From Patescibacteria group bacterium UBA5272 (GTDB lineage Bacteria; Patescibacteriota; Minisyncoccia; Phycocordibacterales; UBA5272): a stretch of 64,000 bases of DNA. The number at the start of each line of letters is the position of its first letter. Position 1 is the stretch's first letter. The notes under the pieces were generated by a model, which did not search any database, was not told the DNA's origin, and was given only the letters and a program-made list of their open reading frames with translations. The position numbers were made by a program, and so were the translations under genes. The stretch is from positions 108,049-172,048 of the forward strand of contig DHTA01000005.1 of the NCBI GenBank assembly GCA_002408565.1, written 5' to 3'. Positions 26,919 to 36,171 of this stretch are shown piece by piece.

Positions 26919-28019
26919 ATGGATACTTTGACTATTTTTTTATTTTCTTTTGTGGTGGTTTTATTGTTGGCTTTAGTGATAGTCTTTTTTCTTTTAAATA
27001 AAAAATTAAAAGAGAAAGACAGTAGGGGAGAAATGTTAGTTTTGGCAGAAACTATGAAAGCTTTAAAAGAAGATATAAAGACAGATATTCGCGAAACTCG
27101 TCGTGAACTTGATCAAAAAATCTCTTTTGGGCAAAAAGAAAGTAATGAAAATGTAAAATATCAATTTGAGGCTTCTCAAAAATTGATTAAAGATATAAAT
27201 GAGCATTTAGGAAAGGTTAGTGAAAGTAACAAACAAGTAGTCAGTATGACTGAGCAACTTTCTAATTTGGAAAAAGTTTTAACCAATCAAAAACAAAGAG
27301 GAAATTGGGGAGAGGGATCTCTACAATTAATTCTTTCAAATTTTTTACCAACAGGAGTTTATCAAATGCAATATTATTACAAAAATGGAGAGGTGGTAGA
27401 TGCGGTAATCTTTATTAAAGATAAAATCTTGCCAATCGATTCCAAATTTTCTATAGACAATTACACTCGCTCTTTGGATGCTCAAAATGAAGAAGATAAA
27501 AAATACTTTGGTGAAGAATTTAAAAAAGACATTAAAAAAAGAGTTGATGAGACTTCTAAATATGTGGACGAGATAAAGGAAAACACTTTGCCATTTGCTT
27601 TTATGTTTTTACCTAGTGAATCAATTTACTATGATTTAAATGCTGGAGACAATGGAAATTTGAAAGTCAACACCCAAAAACTTTTAGATTATGCTCAATC
27701 TAAAAAAGTGATTTTTGTTTCTCCTACTTCTATTTTGGCTTATTTGCATTTAGTGATTTCTGGCATTAAAGACGGCAAGATTGAAGAAAACGCTAGAGAA
27801 ATTAAAAAAAAAGTGGAAGAGTTGGGTAAACATATGCAAAAATATGAAGAGTATGTGCAAAAGCTTGGCAATTCTTTAAATACTACAGTTAACCATTACA
27901 ACGCTTCCTATAAAGAGCTTAAAAAAATAGATAAAGACGTTTACAAAATTACAGACGGTGCTAGCGATATGACCATAGAGCCAACGCTTTTAGATAAGGT
28001 AAATCTTGAAGAGGAATAG
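26919..28019 (+). CDS. rmuC: DNA recombination protein RmuC-like
   Basis: N-terminal TM, a coiled coil, then QRGNWGEGSLQLILSNFLP, similar to the RmuC RGxWGE motif. Confidence 0.6.
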   Translation: MDTLTIFLFSFVVVLLLALVIVFFLLNKKLKEKDSRGEMLVLAETMKALKEDIKTDIRETRRELDQKISFGQKESNENVKYQFEASQKLIKDINEHLGKVSESNKQVVSMTEQLSNLEKVLTNQKQRGNWGEGSLQLILSNFLPTGVYQMQYYYKNGEVVDAVIFIKDKILPIDSKFSIDNYTRSLDAQNEEDKKYFGEEFKKDIKKRVDETSKYVDEIKENTLPFAFMFLPSESIYYDLNAGDNGNLKVNTQKLLDYAQSKKVIFVSPTSILAYLHLVISGIKDGKIEENAREIKKKVEELGKHMQKYEEYVQKLGNSLNTTVNHYNASYKELKKIDKDVYKITDGASDMTIEPTLLDKVNLEEE

Positions 28020-28093
28020 GTTTTTTATTTGCAAAAATAAGGATTTTGTGATAATATTTCTTTATTAAAAAATCTAAGATTTTATTAAAATTA

Positions 28094-28420
28094 TTGAAAT
28101 TTATGACCAATTTTGCAGTTATTCAAACAGGAGGAAAACAGTATAAAGTTTCCGAAGGATTAAAACTAAAAATAGAAAAAATTATTGGAGACTATAAAGT
28201 AGGCGACAAGCTTTCTTTTGAAAATGTACTTCTTGTGGTCAATGGAGACGATGTAAAAGTCGGAACTCCTTTTGTTTCTGGAGTGAAAGTGGAGGCAGAA
28301 ATCACAGATATTGCTAGATACAAAACTGTAGAAGTCATAAAATATAAAGCAAAAGCTAATTATTACAAGAAAAATGGACATAGACAACCATATTTTGAAG
28401 TTAAAGTATTAGCTATCTAA
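28094..28420 (+). CDS. rplU: 50S ribosomal protein L21 (alternative start at 28103)
   Basis: AVIQTGGKQYKVSEG...VLLVVNGDDVKVGTPFV...KNGHRQPYFEVKV matches L21. Confidence 0.85.
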   Translation: MKFMTNFAVIQTGGKQYKVSEGLKLKIEKIIGDYKVGDKLSFENVLLVVNGDDVKVGTPFVSGVKVEAEITDIARYKTVEVIKYKAKANYYKKNGHRQPYFEVKVLAI

Positions 28421-28440
28421 TCCAAAACTAAACAAAATAA

Positions 28441-28470
28441 AAACCTGAAATATTTCAGGTTTTTATTTTT
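28441..28470. terminator. Bidirectional rho-independent terminator shared by convergent rplU and recR
   Basis: AAACCUGAAAUAUUUCAGGUUU with T-runs on both sides. Confidence 0.6.
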
Positions 28471-28471
28471 A

Positions 28472-29101
28472 TTAGCCTCGATGTTCAAAAGCTTCTTTAA
28501 AAGTATTTTTGTCTACATATTCAATATCTAAGCCGGAAGACAAACCTCTAGCCAAAGTAGAAATTTTTACCTTTTCTATACCGACAATTTGAGAAAGAGT
28601 TTTTCTTAAATAGTTAATAGTATTTTCTCCTTCATCGGTAGCTGGTAAAGCAAAAATAATCTCTTCGATTTTTTCTTCTTTTTGTAAACTGGTATGAATC
28701 AGATTTACAAGCTCGCGAATATTTATGACTTCACTTGGTTTTTCTGTTAAAAAAGGAAGTAAATTTCCTAAAACAAAATATTTTCCACTGTAAAATTTTG
28801 TTTTTTCTATGGCGTCAATGTCTAATTCTTTGACGACTATCATTAAAGATCTTTCATCTCTCATTTTGTTGGCGCAGATTTCGCAAAGTTTAGATTCTTT
28901 TTGATTTATATTTTTACTAAAGACTCTTAAACATTTTTCACAAATATTAGCTGAATCTTTTAAAGCTTCAATATTTTTTGCTAACTCTTGTTTATAATTA
29001 TTTTTTTCTCGCATTAGAAAATAGACAAAGCGAGCAGCTTGTTTGGGGCCAATACCAGGAAATTTAAGGAATAATTCTTGTAGTTTTTCAGAAGGATTCA
29101 T
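28472..29101 (-). CDS. recR: Recombination protein RecR
   Basis: N-terminal HhH (FPGIGPKQAARFVYFL), a C4 zinc finger (CEKC...CEIC) and a Toprim domain. Confidence 0.9.
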   Translation of the reverse strand: MNPSEKLQELFLKFPGIGPKQAARFVYFLMREKNNYKQELAKNIEALKDSANICEKCLRVFSKNINQKESKLCEICANKMRDERSLMIVVKELDIDAIEKTKFYSGKYFVLGNLLPFLTEKPSEVINIRELVNLIHTSLQKEEKIEEIIFALPATDEGENTINYLRKTLSQIVGIEKVKISTLARGLSSGLDIEYVDKNTFKEAFEHRG

Positions 29102-29130
29102 AAAGTTTTTTTATTTTAACTCAAATTTTT

Positions 29131-30621
29131 CTAGAAGTCGTCTGGTGTCTCTACGCTAGGCATTTCAAAATCTCCAAATTCATTTTTATCAATAGATAAG
29201 AAAGAGGTCTTTTTATTATCAAAGTAGAGCTCAGCTTTTCCGGTAGGACCATTTCTGTGTTTTTCAATTAAGATTTCTACAATGTTTTTCTTATCAGAAT
29301 TTTCGTCGTGCTTATCTTCTCTGTGAATAAACATCACTACGTCAGCATCTTGTTCAATAGATCCGGAATCACGCAAGTCTGAGAGGCGTGGACGTCCACC
29401 ACGAGCCTCTACAGCACGAGAAAGCTGAGAAAGGGCAACTACGGGCACATCAAACTCTTTAGCTATACCTTTTAAAGAGCGAGAGATTTCGGTGACTTGA
29501 TTTACCATGCTGTCATAGCTTTTAGCTGTGCCCATTAATTGCAAATAGTCTACTATTACCAAACCCACTTGTTTTTCGTGATTTATTTTTCGTAGAACTG
29601 AGCGCATATTCATGGCCGTGTTGGCTGGCTTGTCATCAATAAAAATTGGAGCTTGCATAAGTTTATGCATACCTTCTTGCAATCTTTCAATTTCTTCTTC
29701 CATATTTAGTTTGCCAGTACGAAGTTTCCAGCCATCTACTTGAGCTTCAGCTGAAAGCATTCTGTCTACTAGTTGTTGTTTACTCATTTCTAGAGAAAAG
29801 ATAACGGTGGGGACATTGTATTTTACAGCAGCATTTCTAGCCAAGTCTAAAGCCAGTGAGGTTTTACCGACAGAAGGACGAGCTGCTAAAATAATTAAGT
29901 CTGATTTTTGAAAACCAGAAAGTTTATTATCTAAATCTCTAAATCCAGTTGGTACTCCACGAACTTCATTTTGATTTTCAGCTAAGTGAATAAAACGAGA
30001 AATAGTTTCTTCTCCCAGATCTTTCATAGCCACCACATCACTTTTATTATTGGTTTTGGAAGTAATGTCAAAAATTTTTCTTTCAGCTTCTTCTAAAACA
30101 TTTTCCAACTCTTCTTCCTCTCTAAAAGCCATCTCTCCAATGTATCCACTAGCCACAATTAATTTTCTTAAAATAGATTTCTTTTTGACAATATCTGCAT
30201 AGTAAACAATATTGGCTGCAGAACCAACCAAACCAAGTAGGCTGGATAAATAATCGGTGCCTCCAATTTGTTCTAATTCTTTTTTCTCTCTTAATTTAGC
30301 TGAAACAGTCAAAAGATCAATCGGCTCTTTACGGCTAATCAAATCAGTTACAGTTTCAAAAATAATTTTATGTTTTTCAGAATAAAAATCATGTCTTTCT
30401 ATAAGATGAGCAATTTCAAAAAAAGAATCTGGCACCAAGAGCAAAGACCCTAGTAAAGCTTTTTCAGTTTCTAAATCTTGTGGTGGAACACGAAGAGAAG
30501 AAAGCTCATCAAAAGGTGAAAGAATGTTTTTGTCTTGAAAATTTTTTTTAGAGAAATCATTTCTTTCTCTTTTTTGATTTTCTTTGTCGTTTTGACGGGC
30601 TAAATCTTTTGAAGTTAACAT
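29131..30621 (-). CDS. dnaB: Replicative DNA helicase DnaB
   Basis: GFRDLDNKLSGFQKSDLIILAARPSVGKTSLALDLA (Walker A) and the DnaB C-terminal motifs. Confidence 0.9.
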   Translation of the reverse strand: MLTSKDLARQNDKENQKRERNDFSKKNFQDKNILSPFDELSSLRVPPQDLETEKALLGSLLLVPDSFFEIAHLIERHDFYSEKHKIIFETVTDLISRKEPIDLLTVSAKLREKKELEQIGGTDYLSSLLGLVGSAANIVYYADIVKKKSILRKLIVASGYIGEMAFREEEELENVLEEAERKIFDITSKTNNKSDVVAMKDLGEETISRFIHLAENQNEVRGVPTGFRDLDNKLSGFQKSDLIILAARPSVGKTSLALDLARNAAVKYNVPTVIFSLEMSKQQLVDRMLSAEAQVDGWKLRTGKLNMEEEIERLQEGMHKLMQAPIFIDDKPANTAMNMRSVLRKINHEKQVGLVIVDYLQLMGTAKSYDSMVNQVTEISRSLKGIAKEFDVPVVALSQLSRAVEARGGRPRLSDLRDSGSIEQDADVVMFIHREDKHDENSDKKNIVEILIEKHRNGPTGKAELYFDNKKTSFLSIDKNEFGDFEMPSVETPDDF

Positions 30622-30755
30622 AGTTTTAGAAATGATGTTTAAGGTCTTTTAATGTTATAAATCATAACAAAAAGTAAAGTATATTTATAATTCAAAAACC
30701 TGTTGAAAACGGGGATTAGGTGGAAAACTAAAAAATAAGCTTTAAAATGAGTCTT

Positions 30756-32024
30756 TTAAACCTTATTCTTCTCTCGAGAGAGGTTAAGTCCTAAATATTT
30801 ATCAAAATAAAGAATTAAGGTGTGTTTTTCTGTGTCGAGAATACTTTTATCATTGATTAAGGACCACATTTTAGCTAAAGCTATAGAAGTATTTAAATCG
30901 TCATTCATAGCTTCTTCAAATTTTTCTTTATAGTTATTAGCCTCGAAGGTTAGCTCTTCTAAACTAACTCTTTTTTGTCCATTTTCAACAATAGTTTTAA
31001 ATTTCTTTAACAACTTTTGATAAGCATTGTTTGCAGCTTCTAGAGATTCCCAAGAGAATTTTAATTCTTTTCTATAATGAGTCATCAAAAGTAAATAACG
31101 ATAAGAAAGGGGAGAGAAATTTTTTTCTTTAAGATTTTCTAATCTTAAAAAGTCTCCACTACTTTTGCTCATTTTTTCTTTATCAGCATTTAAAAAATTG
31201 ACATGCATCCAATAATTTACAAATCTTTGCCCATCTTCTAAAGAAGATTCGCTTTGAGCAATTTCATTTGTGTGATGAACTGGAATCAAATCGACTCCTC
31301 CAGTATGAATATCTATGTGTGGTCCAAGTACCGCGCGACTCATAGAGCTACATTCAATATGCCAACCAGGAAAACCGACTCCCCAAGGTGAATCCCATTC
31401 CATTTGTCTTTTTTTATCTTTAGGAGAAAATTTCCAAAGAGCAAAATCTGTTTTATTCCTTTTTTCATTATTTTCGTCAACAATTCTTTTACCCTTTTGC
31501 AATCCTTCAATATCAATATTTGCTAGCTCTGTATATCTCTCAAATTTACTAGTATCAAAATACAAGCCATCTGAAGTTTTGTAGGTATAATTTTTCTCTT
31601 CTAAAAGTTTTACCATTTCAATTTGTTCTTTTATATAATCTGTAGCTTTGGTCCAAATAAATTTTTCTCTATCAATGTTTAAATCCAAAAGGTCTGCAAA
31701 AAAAGCTTTAGTGTAAAATTCGGCTACCTCCCAAACGCTTTTTCCTTCCCTGAGAGATCCTTTTTCCATTTTATCTTCTCCTTCATCATCGTCTGAGACC
31801 AAATGTCCCACATCAGTGATATTGATTTGATGCTTCACGGTATAACCATTTTGGCGTAAAGTATTATTCAAAATATCCGCAAAGACAAAAGCCCTCAAAT
31901 TTCCAATATGAGCATAATGATAAACTGTGGGACCACAAGAATAGACTAAAATTTTGCTTTTAGAGAGCGGTAAAAACAACTCTTTTTCTCTTTTTAAAGT
32001 GTTATAAAAATATAATTTTGCCAT
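30756..32024 (-). CDS. cysS: Cysteine--tRNA ligase
   Basis: YSCGPTVYHYAHIGNLRAF (HIGH) and KMSKSSGDF (KMSKS). Confidence 0.9.
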   Translation of the reverse strand: MAKLYFYNTLKREKELFLPLSKSKILVYSCGPTVYHYAHIGNLRAFVFADILNNTLRQNGYTVKHQINITDVGHLVSDDDEGEDKMEKGSLREGKSVWEVAEFYTKAFFADLLDLNIDREKFIWTKATDYIKEQIEMVKLLEEKNYTYKTSDGLYFDTSKFERYTELANIDIEGLQKGKRIVDENNEKRNKTDFALWKFSPKDKKRQMEWDSPWGVGFPGWHIECSSMSRAVLGPHIDIHTGGVDLIPVHHTNEIAQSESSLEDGQRFVNYWMHVNFLNADKEKMSKSSGDFLRLENLKEKNFSPLSYRYLLLMTHYRKELKFSWESLEAANNAYQKLLKKFKTIVENGQKRVSLEELTFEANNYKEKFEEAMNDDLNTSIALAKMWSLINDKSILDTEKHTLILYFDKYLGLNLSREKNKV

Positions 32025-32077
32025 AGATTTTTTAATTTTAGCACATTTTAACTCGCATATTAATCACTCTAAGAATA

Positions 32078-32086
32078 TGGTATACT
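32078..32086 (+). promoter_or_regulatory. Extended -10 element (TGGTATACT) for the ctp gene, with a very short leader
   Basis: TGGTATACT ends 14 nt before the ATG at 32101. Confidence 0.4.
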
Positions 32087-32100
32087 CTTAAGGTAAAAAT

Positions 32101-33345
32101 ATGCCTAACTTTTTTCAAAAGAATTTTAAAAATTCCAACCTTAAATATATATTTTTAGTAGTTATTTCTATCTTTTTCTTTGGATTTGGATACTTATTTG
32201 GAGATTTGACCAACAAAAATGTCTTCAGTAAAGCTGCAGCTTCAGACTCTCCAATTATGATTCCTTCAGTTTTGAGCGAAGTCAAATATTATTTAACCAA
32301 TTATTTTGTTTCCTCTAAAGCTACTTCCACTTTACCGACCGACGAAGATTTGGCTTATGGCATGCTTAAGGGTTATGTGAATGCTTATGGAGACCCTTAT
32401 ACTCAATTTTTTGATCCAGAAGAATCTAAACAATTCGAAGAGGATGTCAAAGGTAGCTTTGGTGGTATAGGTGCAGTGATTGGCTATAAAGATCAAATAC
32501 CGGCTGTTATTTCGGTAATGAAAGATAATCCCGCTGAAAAAGCTGGAGTTCGAGATGGGGATTTGATTATTTCTGTAGATGGTACTTTTGTGCAAGGTAT
32601 GTCTGTCGATGAGATTGTGCGCTTGGTGCGTGGAGAGGTAGGCACGACTGTGACTTTGGGAGTACTTCATAAAGATGAAACTAAAACTAGCGAAATTGCT
32701 ATTACCAGAGGAGAAATTCATACTCCAATTTTAGACACAGAAATTATTAATGATGTCTTTGTGATTCATTTTTATTCTTTTACCGAAACTTCTTCTGTTA
32801 AATTTAGTCAAGCCATGATAGAATTTTTGAATTCTGGTAAGAATAAATTAATTATTGACTTACGAGGTAATGGTGGAGGATATTTGGAAAGTGCTATAGA
32901 TATCGCTTCTTTCTTTTTACCGTCAGACAAATTGATTGTGATAGAAAAGAGCGGTAAAGGTTTACCAGAAAAAGCTACTTATTCTAAGGGTTTTAATTAT
33001 TTTGCTAATAAAAATCTAAAAGTTGCTGTCTTAATTAATGAAGGCTCAGCTTCCGCTTCAGAAATTGTGGCTGGAGCTTTGAAAGATCACAAGGTGGCCA
33101 CAATTATTGGTGAAAAATCTTTTGGTAAAGGTAGTGTGCAACAATTAATTAAGCTTTCTGATGGTTCAGATTTAAAGTTTACTGTGGCTAAATGGTACAC
33201 TCCAAACGGAGTAAATATTTCTGAAAGCGGTATTGTTCCAGATATACTGGCTACCAGTTCTTCTAAAGTTTTACTTGATGAAGCTGGAGATCCAATTGAT
33301 GAGCAATTAAATAAAGCTGTAAAAATTATTAGAAATTTAAAATAG
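32101..33345 (+). CDS. Carboxyl-terminal processing protease (S41A, Ctp/Prc-like), membrane-anchored
   Basis: N-terminal TM, a PDZ domain (GGIGAVIGYKD...AEKAGVRDGDLIISVDG) and the S41 catalytic region (RGNGGGYL, GSASASEIVAGALKD). Confidence 0.85.
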   Translation: MPNFFQKNFKNSNLKYIFLVVISIFFFGFGYLFGDLTNKNVFSKAAASDSPIMIPSVLSEVKYYLTNYFVSSKATSTLPTDEDLAYGMLKGYVNAYGDPYTQFFDPEESKQFEEDVKGSFGGIGAVIGYKDQIPAVISVMKDNPAEKAGVRDGDLIISVDGTFVQGMSVDEIVRLVRGEVGTTVTLGVLHKDETKTSEIAITRGEIHTPILDTEIINDVFVIHFYSFTETSSVKFSQAMIEFLNSGKNKLIIDLRGNGGGYLESAIDIASFFLPSDKLIVIEKSGKGLPEKATYSKGFNYFANKNLKVAVLINEGSASASEIVAGALKDHKVATIIGEKSFGKGSVQQLIKLSDGSDLKFTVAKWYTPNGVNISESGIVPDILATSSSKVLLDEAGDPIDEQLNKAVKIIRNLK

Positions 33346-33370
33346 TTTAAATAGTTTTGAGATTTGTCTT

Positions 33371-33835
33371 ATGAAAGTTATTTTTATACAAAATGTAGCC
33401 AAACAAGGAAGAGTAGGTGAAATCAAAGAAGTGGCGGATGGTTTTGCGGTCAATGTTTTAATTCCTAAAAAGCAGGCTGTGATAGCTACTCCAGGAGCTA
33501 TTAAAAAACTAGAAGCTGAAAAGAAAAATAAAAAAATTAAACAAGAGCTTGATAAAAATCTTTTCCATCAAGCTTTGAATGATTTGCAAAAGATTTTAGA
33601 TGAAAAAACAAAGGGTATTTTAGAAATACTTGGGCACAAAAATGATGGCAAAGGAAATCTTTTTTCTCAAGTGAAAGAAGTAGATATTGCTGAAGCTATT
33701 TTCTCTTTAATAGGCATCTCTTTAAATCCTAGTCAAATAATTTTACCTAAAGAACCGATTAAGAAAATAGGGGAATACGAAATAGAAATTAAAGAAAAAG
33801 ATTTAAAAAAGAAAATTAAAATCGCTATAAAATAA
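33371..33835 (+). CDS. rplI: 50S ribosomal protein L9
   Basis: MKVIFIQNVAKQGRVGEIKEVADGFAVNVLIPKKQA is the L9 N-domain. Confidence 0.85.
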   Translation: MKVIFIQNVAKQGRVGEIKEVADGFAVNVLIPKKQAVIATPGAIKKLEAEKKNKKIKQELDKNLFHQALNDLQKILDEKTKGILEILGHKNDGKGNLFSQVKEVDIAEAIFSLIGISLNPSQIILPKEPIKKIGEYEIEIKEKDLKKKIKIAIK

Positions 33836-33853
33836 AAATAAATAAATCAAAAC

Positions 33854-33884
33854 AAATCCCGCTTTCGCGGGATTTATATTTTAT
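33854..33884. terminator. Bidirectional terminator shared by convergent rplI and rpmA
   Basis: AAAUCCCGC-UUUC-GCGGGAUUU flanked by A/T runs. Confidence 0.6.
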
Positions 33885-34153
33885 AAAACGCTGACTACTT
33901 TTTTCTTGATTGTAGTATTGTCAAATTTGGTTTGTCTTTTTTCAGTAAAAGTAACTTTACCTTCTTTAAGAGCAAAAAGAGTATGATCTTTTCCTATACC
34001 GACATTTTTGCCAGCGAGGTATTTTGTACCTCTTTGTCTTACAAGAATGTTTCCAGGAATAACAGCTTCTCCAGAACCTTTTTTAAGGCCTAAATACTTT
34101 GGATTACTGTCTCTCAGGTTTTTCGCTGTTCCAGCGGCCTTACGTTGTGCCAT
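33881..34153 (-). CDS. rpmA: 50S ribosomal protein L27
   Basis: [29 protein letters not shown]...[24 protein letters not shown] matches L27. Confidence 0.9.
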   Translation of the reverse strand: MAQRKAAGTAKNLRDSNPKYLGLKKGSGEAVIPGNILVRQRGTKYLAGKNVGIGKDHTLFALKEGKVTFTEKRQTKFDNTTIKKKVVSVL

Positions 34154-34180
34154 AGATTTAGTATATAATTAATTAATATT

Positions 34181-34531
34181 ATGGGTGAAAGTATATCAAA
34201 AACTTGGAAAAAAATCAATGTTGAGTTAAAAGGAAAGCCATTTTTATCCATTATTCTAACTCTTATTTTATGTATTAGTTATTTAAGTTATAAGATATTA
34301 ACCCATCCTAAGCTTTTTTCCGCTAAAGCTTTTGATTATCAAGCTTCCAATATCTCAGCTGAAACTCTAAAAAAAGCTAATTCTATTCGCTATATCTATG
34401 CTAGTCGCAGAGGCAGTAAATATTATTTTTACAATTGTAAATCTAGTATTAAAGAGACTAATAAAATCTATTTTGATTCAGAAGCCGCCGCCCAAAAAGC
34501 TGGCTACACTTTAGCCAAAACTTGTCAGTAG
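34181..34531 (+). CDS. Membrane-anchored small protein with an Ada-like metal-binding C-terminal motif
   Basis: TM helix, then KYYFYNCKSSIKETNKIYFDSEAAAQKAGYTLAKTCQ. This resembles the Ada_Zn_binding pattern YH..C....I...N..F.S..A..AGY.PCK.C. Confidence 0.45.
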   Translation: MGESISKTWKKINVELKGKPFLSIILTLILCISYLSYKILTHPKLFSAKAFDYQASNISAETLKKANSIRYIYASRRGSKYYFYNCKSSIKETNKIYFDSEAAAQKAGYTLAKTCQ

Positions 34532-34572
34532 CTAGATTTTTTGTGATATAATATTCCTATAAATATAAAATT

Positions 34573-34665
34573 ATGGCAAAAGGTGATTTTAGAGAAAGAA
34601 AAGAAAAAAAGAAACCAAAAAAATGTGGTTGTATGGGAAAGTGTAAGTGTAAAAAAGAATTTTAA
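34573..34665 (+). CDS. Putative 30-aa basic Cys-rich peptide (MAKGDFRERKEKKKPKKCGCMGKCKCKKEF)
   Basis: Hand-translated short ORF, not in the ORF track. It has its own extended -10 upstream (TGTGATATAAT at about 34541) and a terminator 27 nt downstream. Confidence 0.3.
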   Translation: MAKGDFRERKEKKKPKKCGCMGKCKCKKEF

Positions 34666-34691
34666 TCTATATCTTACTAGTTTAAAATAAA

Positions 34692-34719
34692 AAACATCTC
34701 GGGAACGAGGTGTTTTTTA
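34692..34719 (+). terminator. Rho-independent terminator after the small peptide ORF
   Basis: ACAUCUCG-GGAA-CGAGGUGU followed by TTTTTT. Confidence 0.5.
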
Positions 34720-34811
34720 TCTTTTAAAATTCAAAATGGCTCTTCAAAAAGTCAAAAAATATGGTATATTAAAACAATGGGGAGGGGAGACTAATGTAAA
34801 TATAAATTTGT

Positions 34812-35294
34812 ATGTCAGGAGAGGAAAAAAAAGAAAGAACAGAAATACCTGTATTAAAAGAATATCTAAAGTTTAATAGTATAAGTTTCGATCAGAAACT
34901 GTTACAAACAAAAGTCAAAGAACCTGCTGATTTAATTTATGACAATCAAGGCTATCAAATAACCACAGCTGACGGAAAACATTTCGGAAAGCTAAGGAGC
35001 AACACTGATAAATATGATATAGAAGATGTTAAAAATAGAACAGTTTATAGGTGTATAAATACAAATAAGGTTCTCGAAGAGAAGTTGAAAGATATCTTGG
35101 AAAAAAAAAGAAAAAGATCTGATAAAAATATTATTTTACTCATTAAAGACTACTTAGCAGATCCTTTCACTTCTGAAGAAGACAGGTTGAGACATTACGA
35201 AAAATTTAAATCATCCTATAAAAATTTGATAGATGTTTGGAAAGATGTCTATTTAATTGATCTGAATAAAAATGTAATAAAATTATCAGATTAG
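34812..35294 (+). CDS. Hypothetical protein (160 aa) heading the R-M module
   Basis: Intact ORF directly upstream of the methyltransferase, preceded by TGGTATATT (about 34757). No family recognised. Confidence 0.4.
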   Translation: MSGEEKKERTEIPVLKEYLKFNSISFDQKLLQTKVKEPADLIYDNQGYQITTADGKHFGKLRSNTDKYDIEDVKNRTVYRCINTNKVLEEKLKDILEKKRKRSDKNIILLIKDYLADPFTSEEDRLRHYEKFKSSYKNLIDVWKDVYLIDLNKNVIKLSD

Positions 35295-35347
35295 AATTGG
35301 TAGGCTAAATACTCTATAAAAACACCCTTTGTGCTTTAATTCTACAA

Positions 35348-36166
35348 ATGTCTATGACTCAAATTTTAAAAAATATAAAATCTAAACCTTATTTTTCTTC
35401 TAATGATTTTGTTCTGTATTTAGGAGATAGTATTGAATATTTAAATCAATTACCTGAAAATAGCGTAGACATGATTTTTGCTGATCCACCTTATAATTTA
35501 TCTAATGGGGGTTTTTCTTTGCATGCTGGGAAAAGGGTTCCTGTGAATAAGGGAGACTGGGATAAAAGTAAAGGCTTTCAAAATGATTATGAATTTCATT
35601 TAACTTGGTTACGGGCTTGTTATAGAGTTTTAAAACCAGACGGAACGATCTGGGTTTCTGGGACATATCACTCTATATATCAATGCGGGTCAGCTATGCA
35701 ACAAATTGGTTTTCATATTTTAAACGACATTTCTTGGTTTAAACCAAATGCATCTCCTAATTTATCTTGTAGATTTTTTACAGCTTCACACGAAACTTTA
35801 ATTTGGGCTAGAAAAGATAAAAAAGGAAAACATTATTTTGATTATAAGTTAATGAAAGAGGGAGATTGGAAGGAGGATTTTATCAAAAAACCCAATTTAC
35901 AAATGAGATCAGTTTGGTCAATTTATCCTCCTAAAACTTATGAAAAAGTCCATGGAAAACATCCTACCCAAAAACCTTTAGAGTTATTAAGAAGGTGTAT
36001 TCTGGCTAGTACAAAAGATGGGGATATTATAATAGATCCGTTTACTGGCAGTTCTACTACTGGGATTTCTTCTAAAATTATAGGAAAAAGGAAATTTGTT
36101 GGTTTTGATCTTGAAAAAAAGTTTTTGGATGTTAGTATTAAAAGGTATAAAGATTTATTGAAATAA
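35348..36166 (+). CDS. DNA methyltransferase, beta-class amino-MTase (N6-adenine or N4-cytosine; PF01555)
   Basis: Motif IV DPPY (MIFADPPYNL) precedes the C-terminal motif I region HPTQKPLELLRRCI...IIDPFTGSSTTG. The order IV then I indicates the beta class. DPPY favours N6-adenine. Confidence 0.8.
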   Translation: MSMTQILKNIKSKPYFSSNDFVLYLGDSIEYLNQLPENSVDMIFADPPYNLSNGGFSLHAGKRVPVNKGDWDKSKGFQNDYEFHLTWLRACYRVLKPDGTIWVSGTYHSIYQCGSAMQQIGFHILNDISWFKPNASPNLSCRFFTASHETLIWARKDKKGKHYFDYKLMKEGDWKEDFIKKPNLQMRSVWSIYPPKTYEKVHGKHPTQKPLELLRRCILASTKDGDIIIDPFTGSSTTGISSKIIGKRKFVGFDLEKKFLDVSIKRYKDLLK

Positions 36167-36171
36167 AAAAT

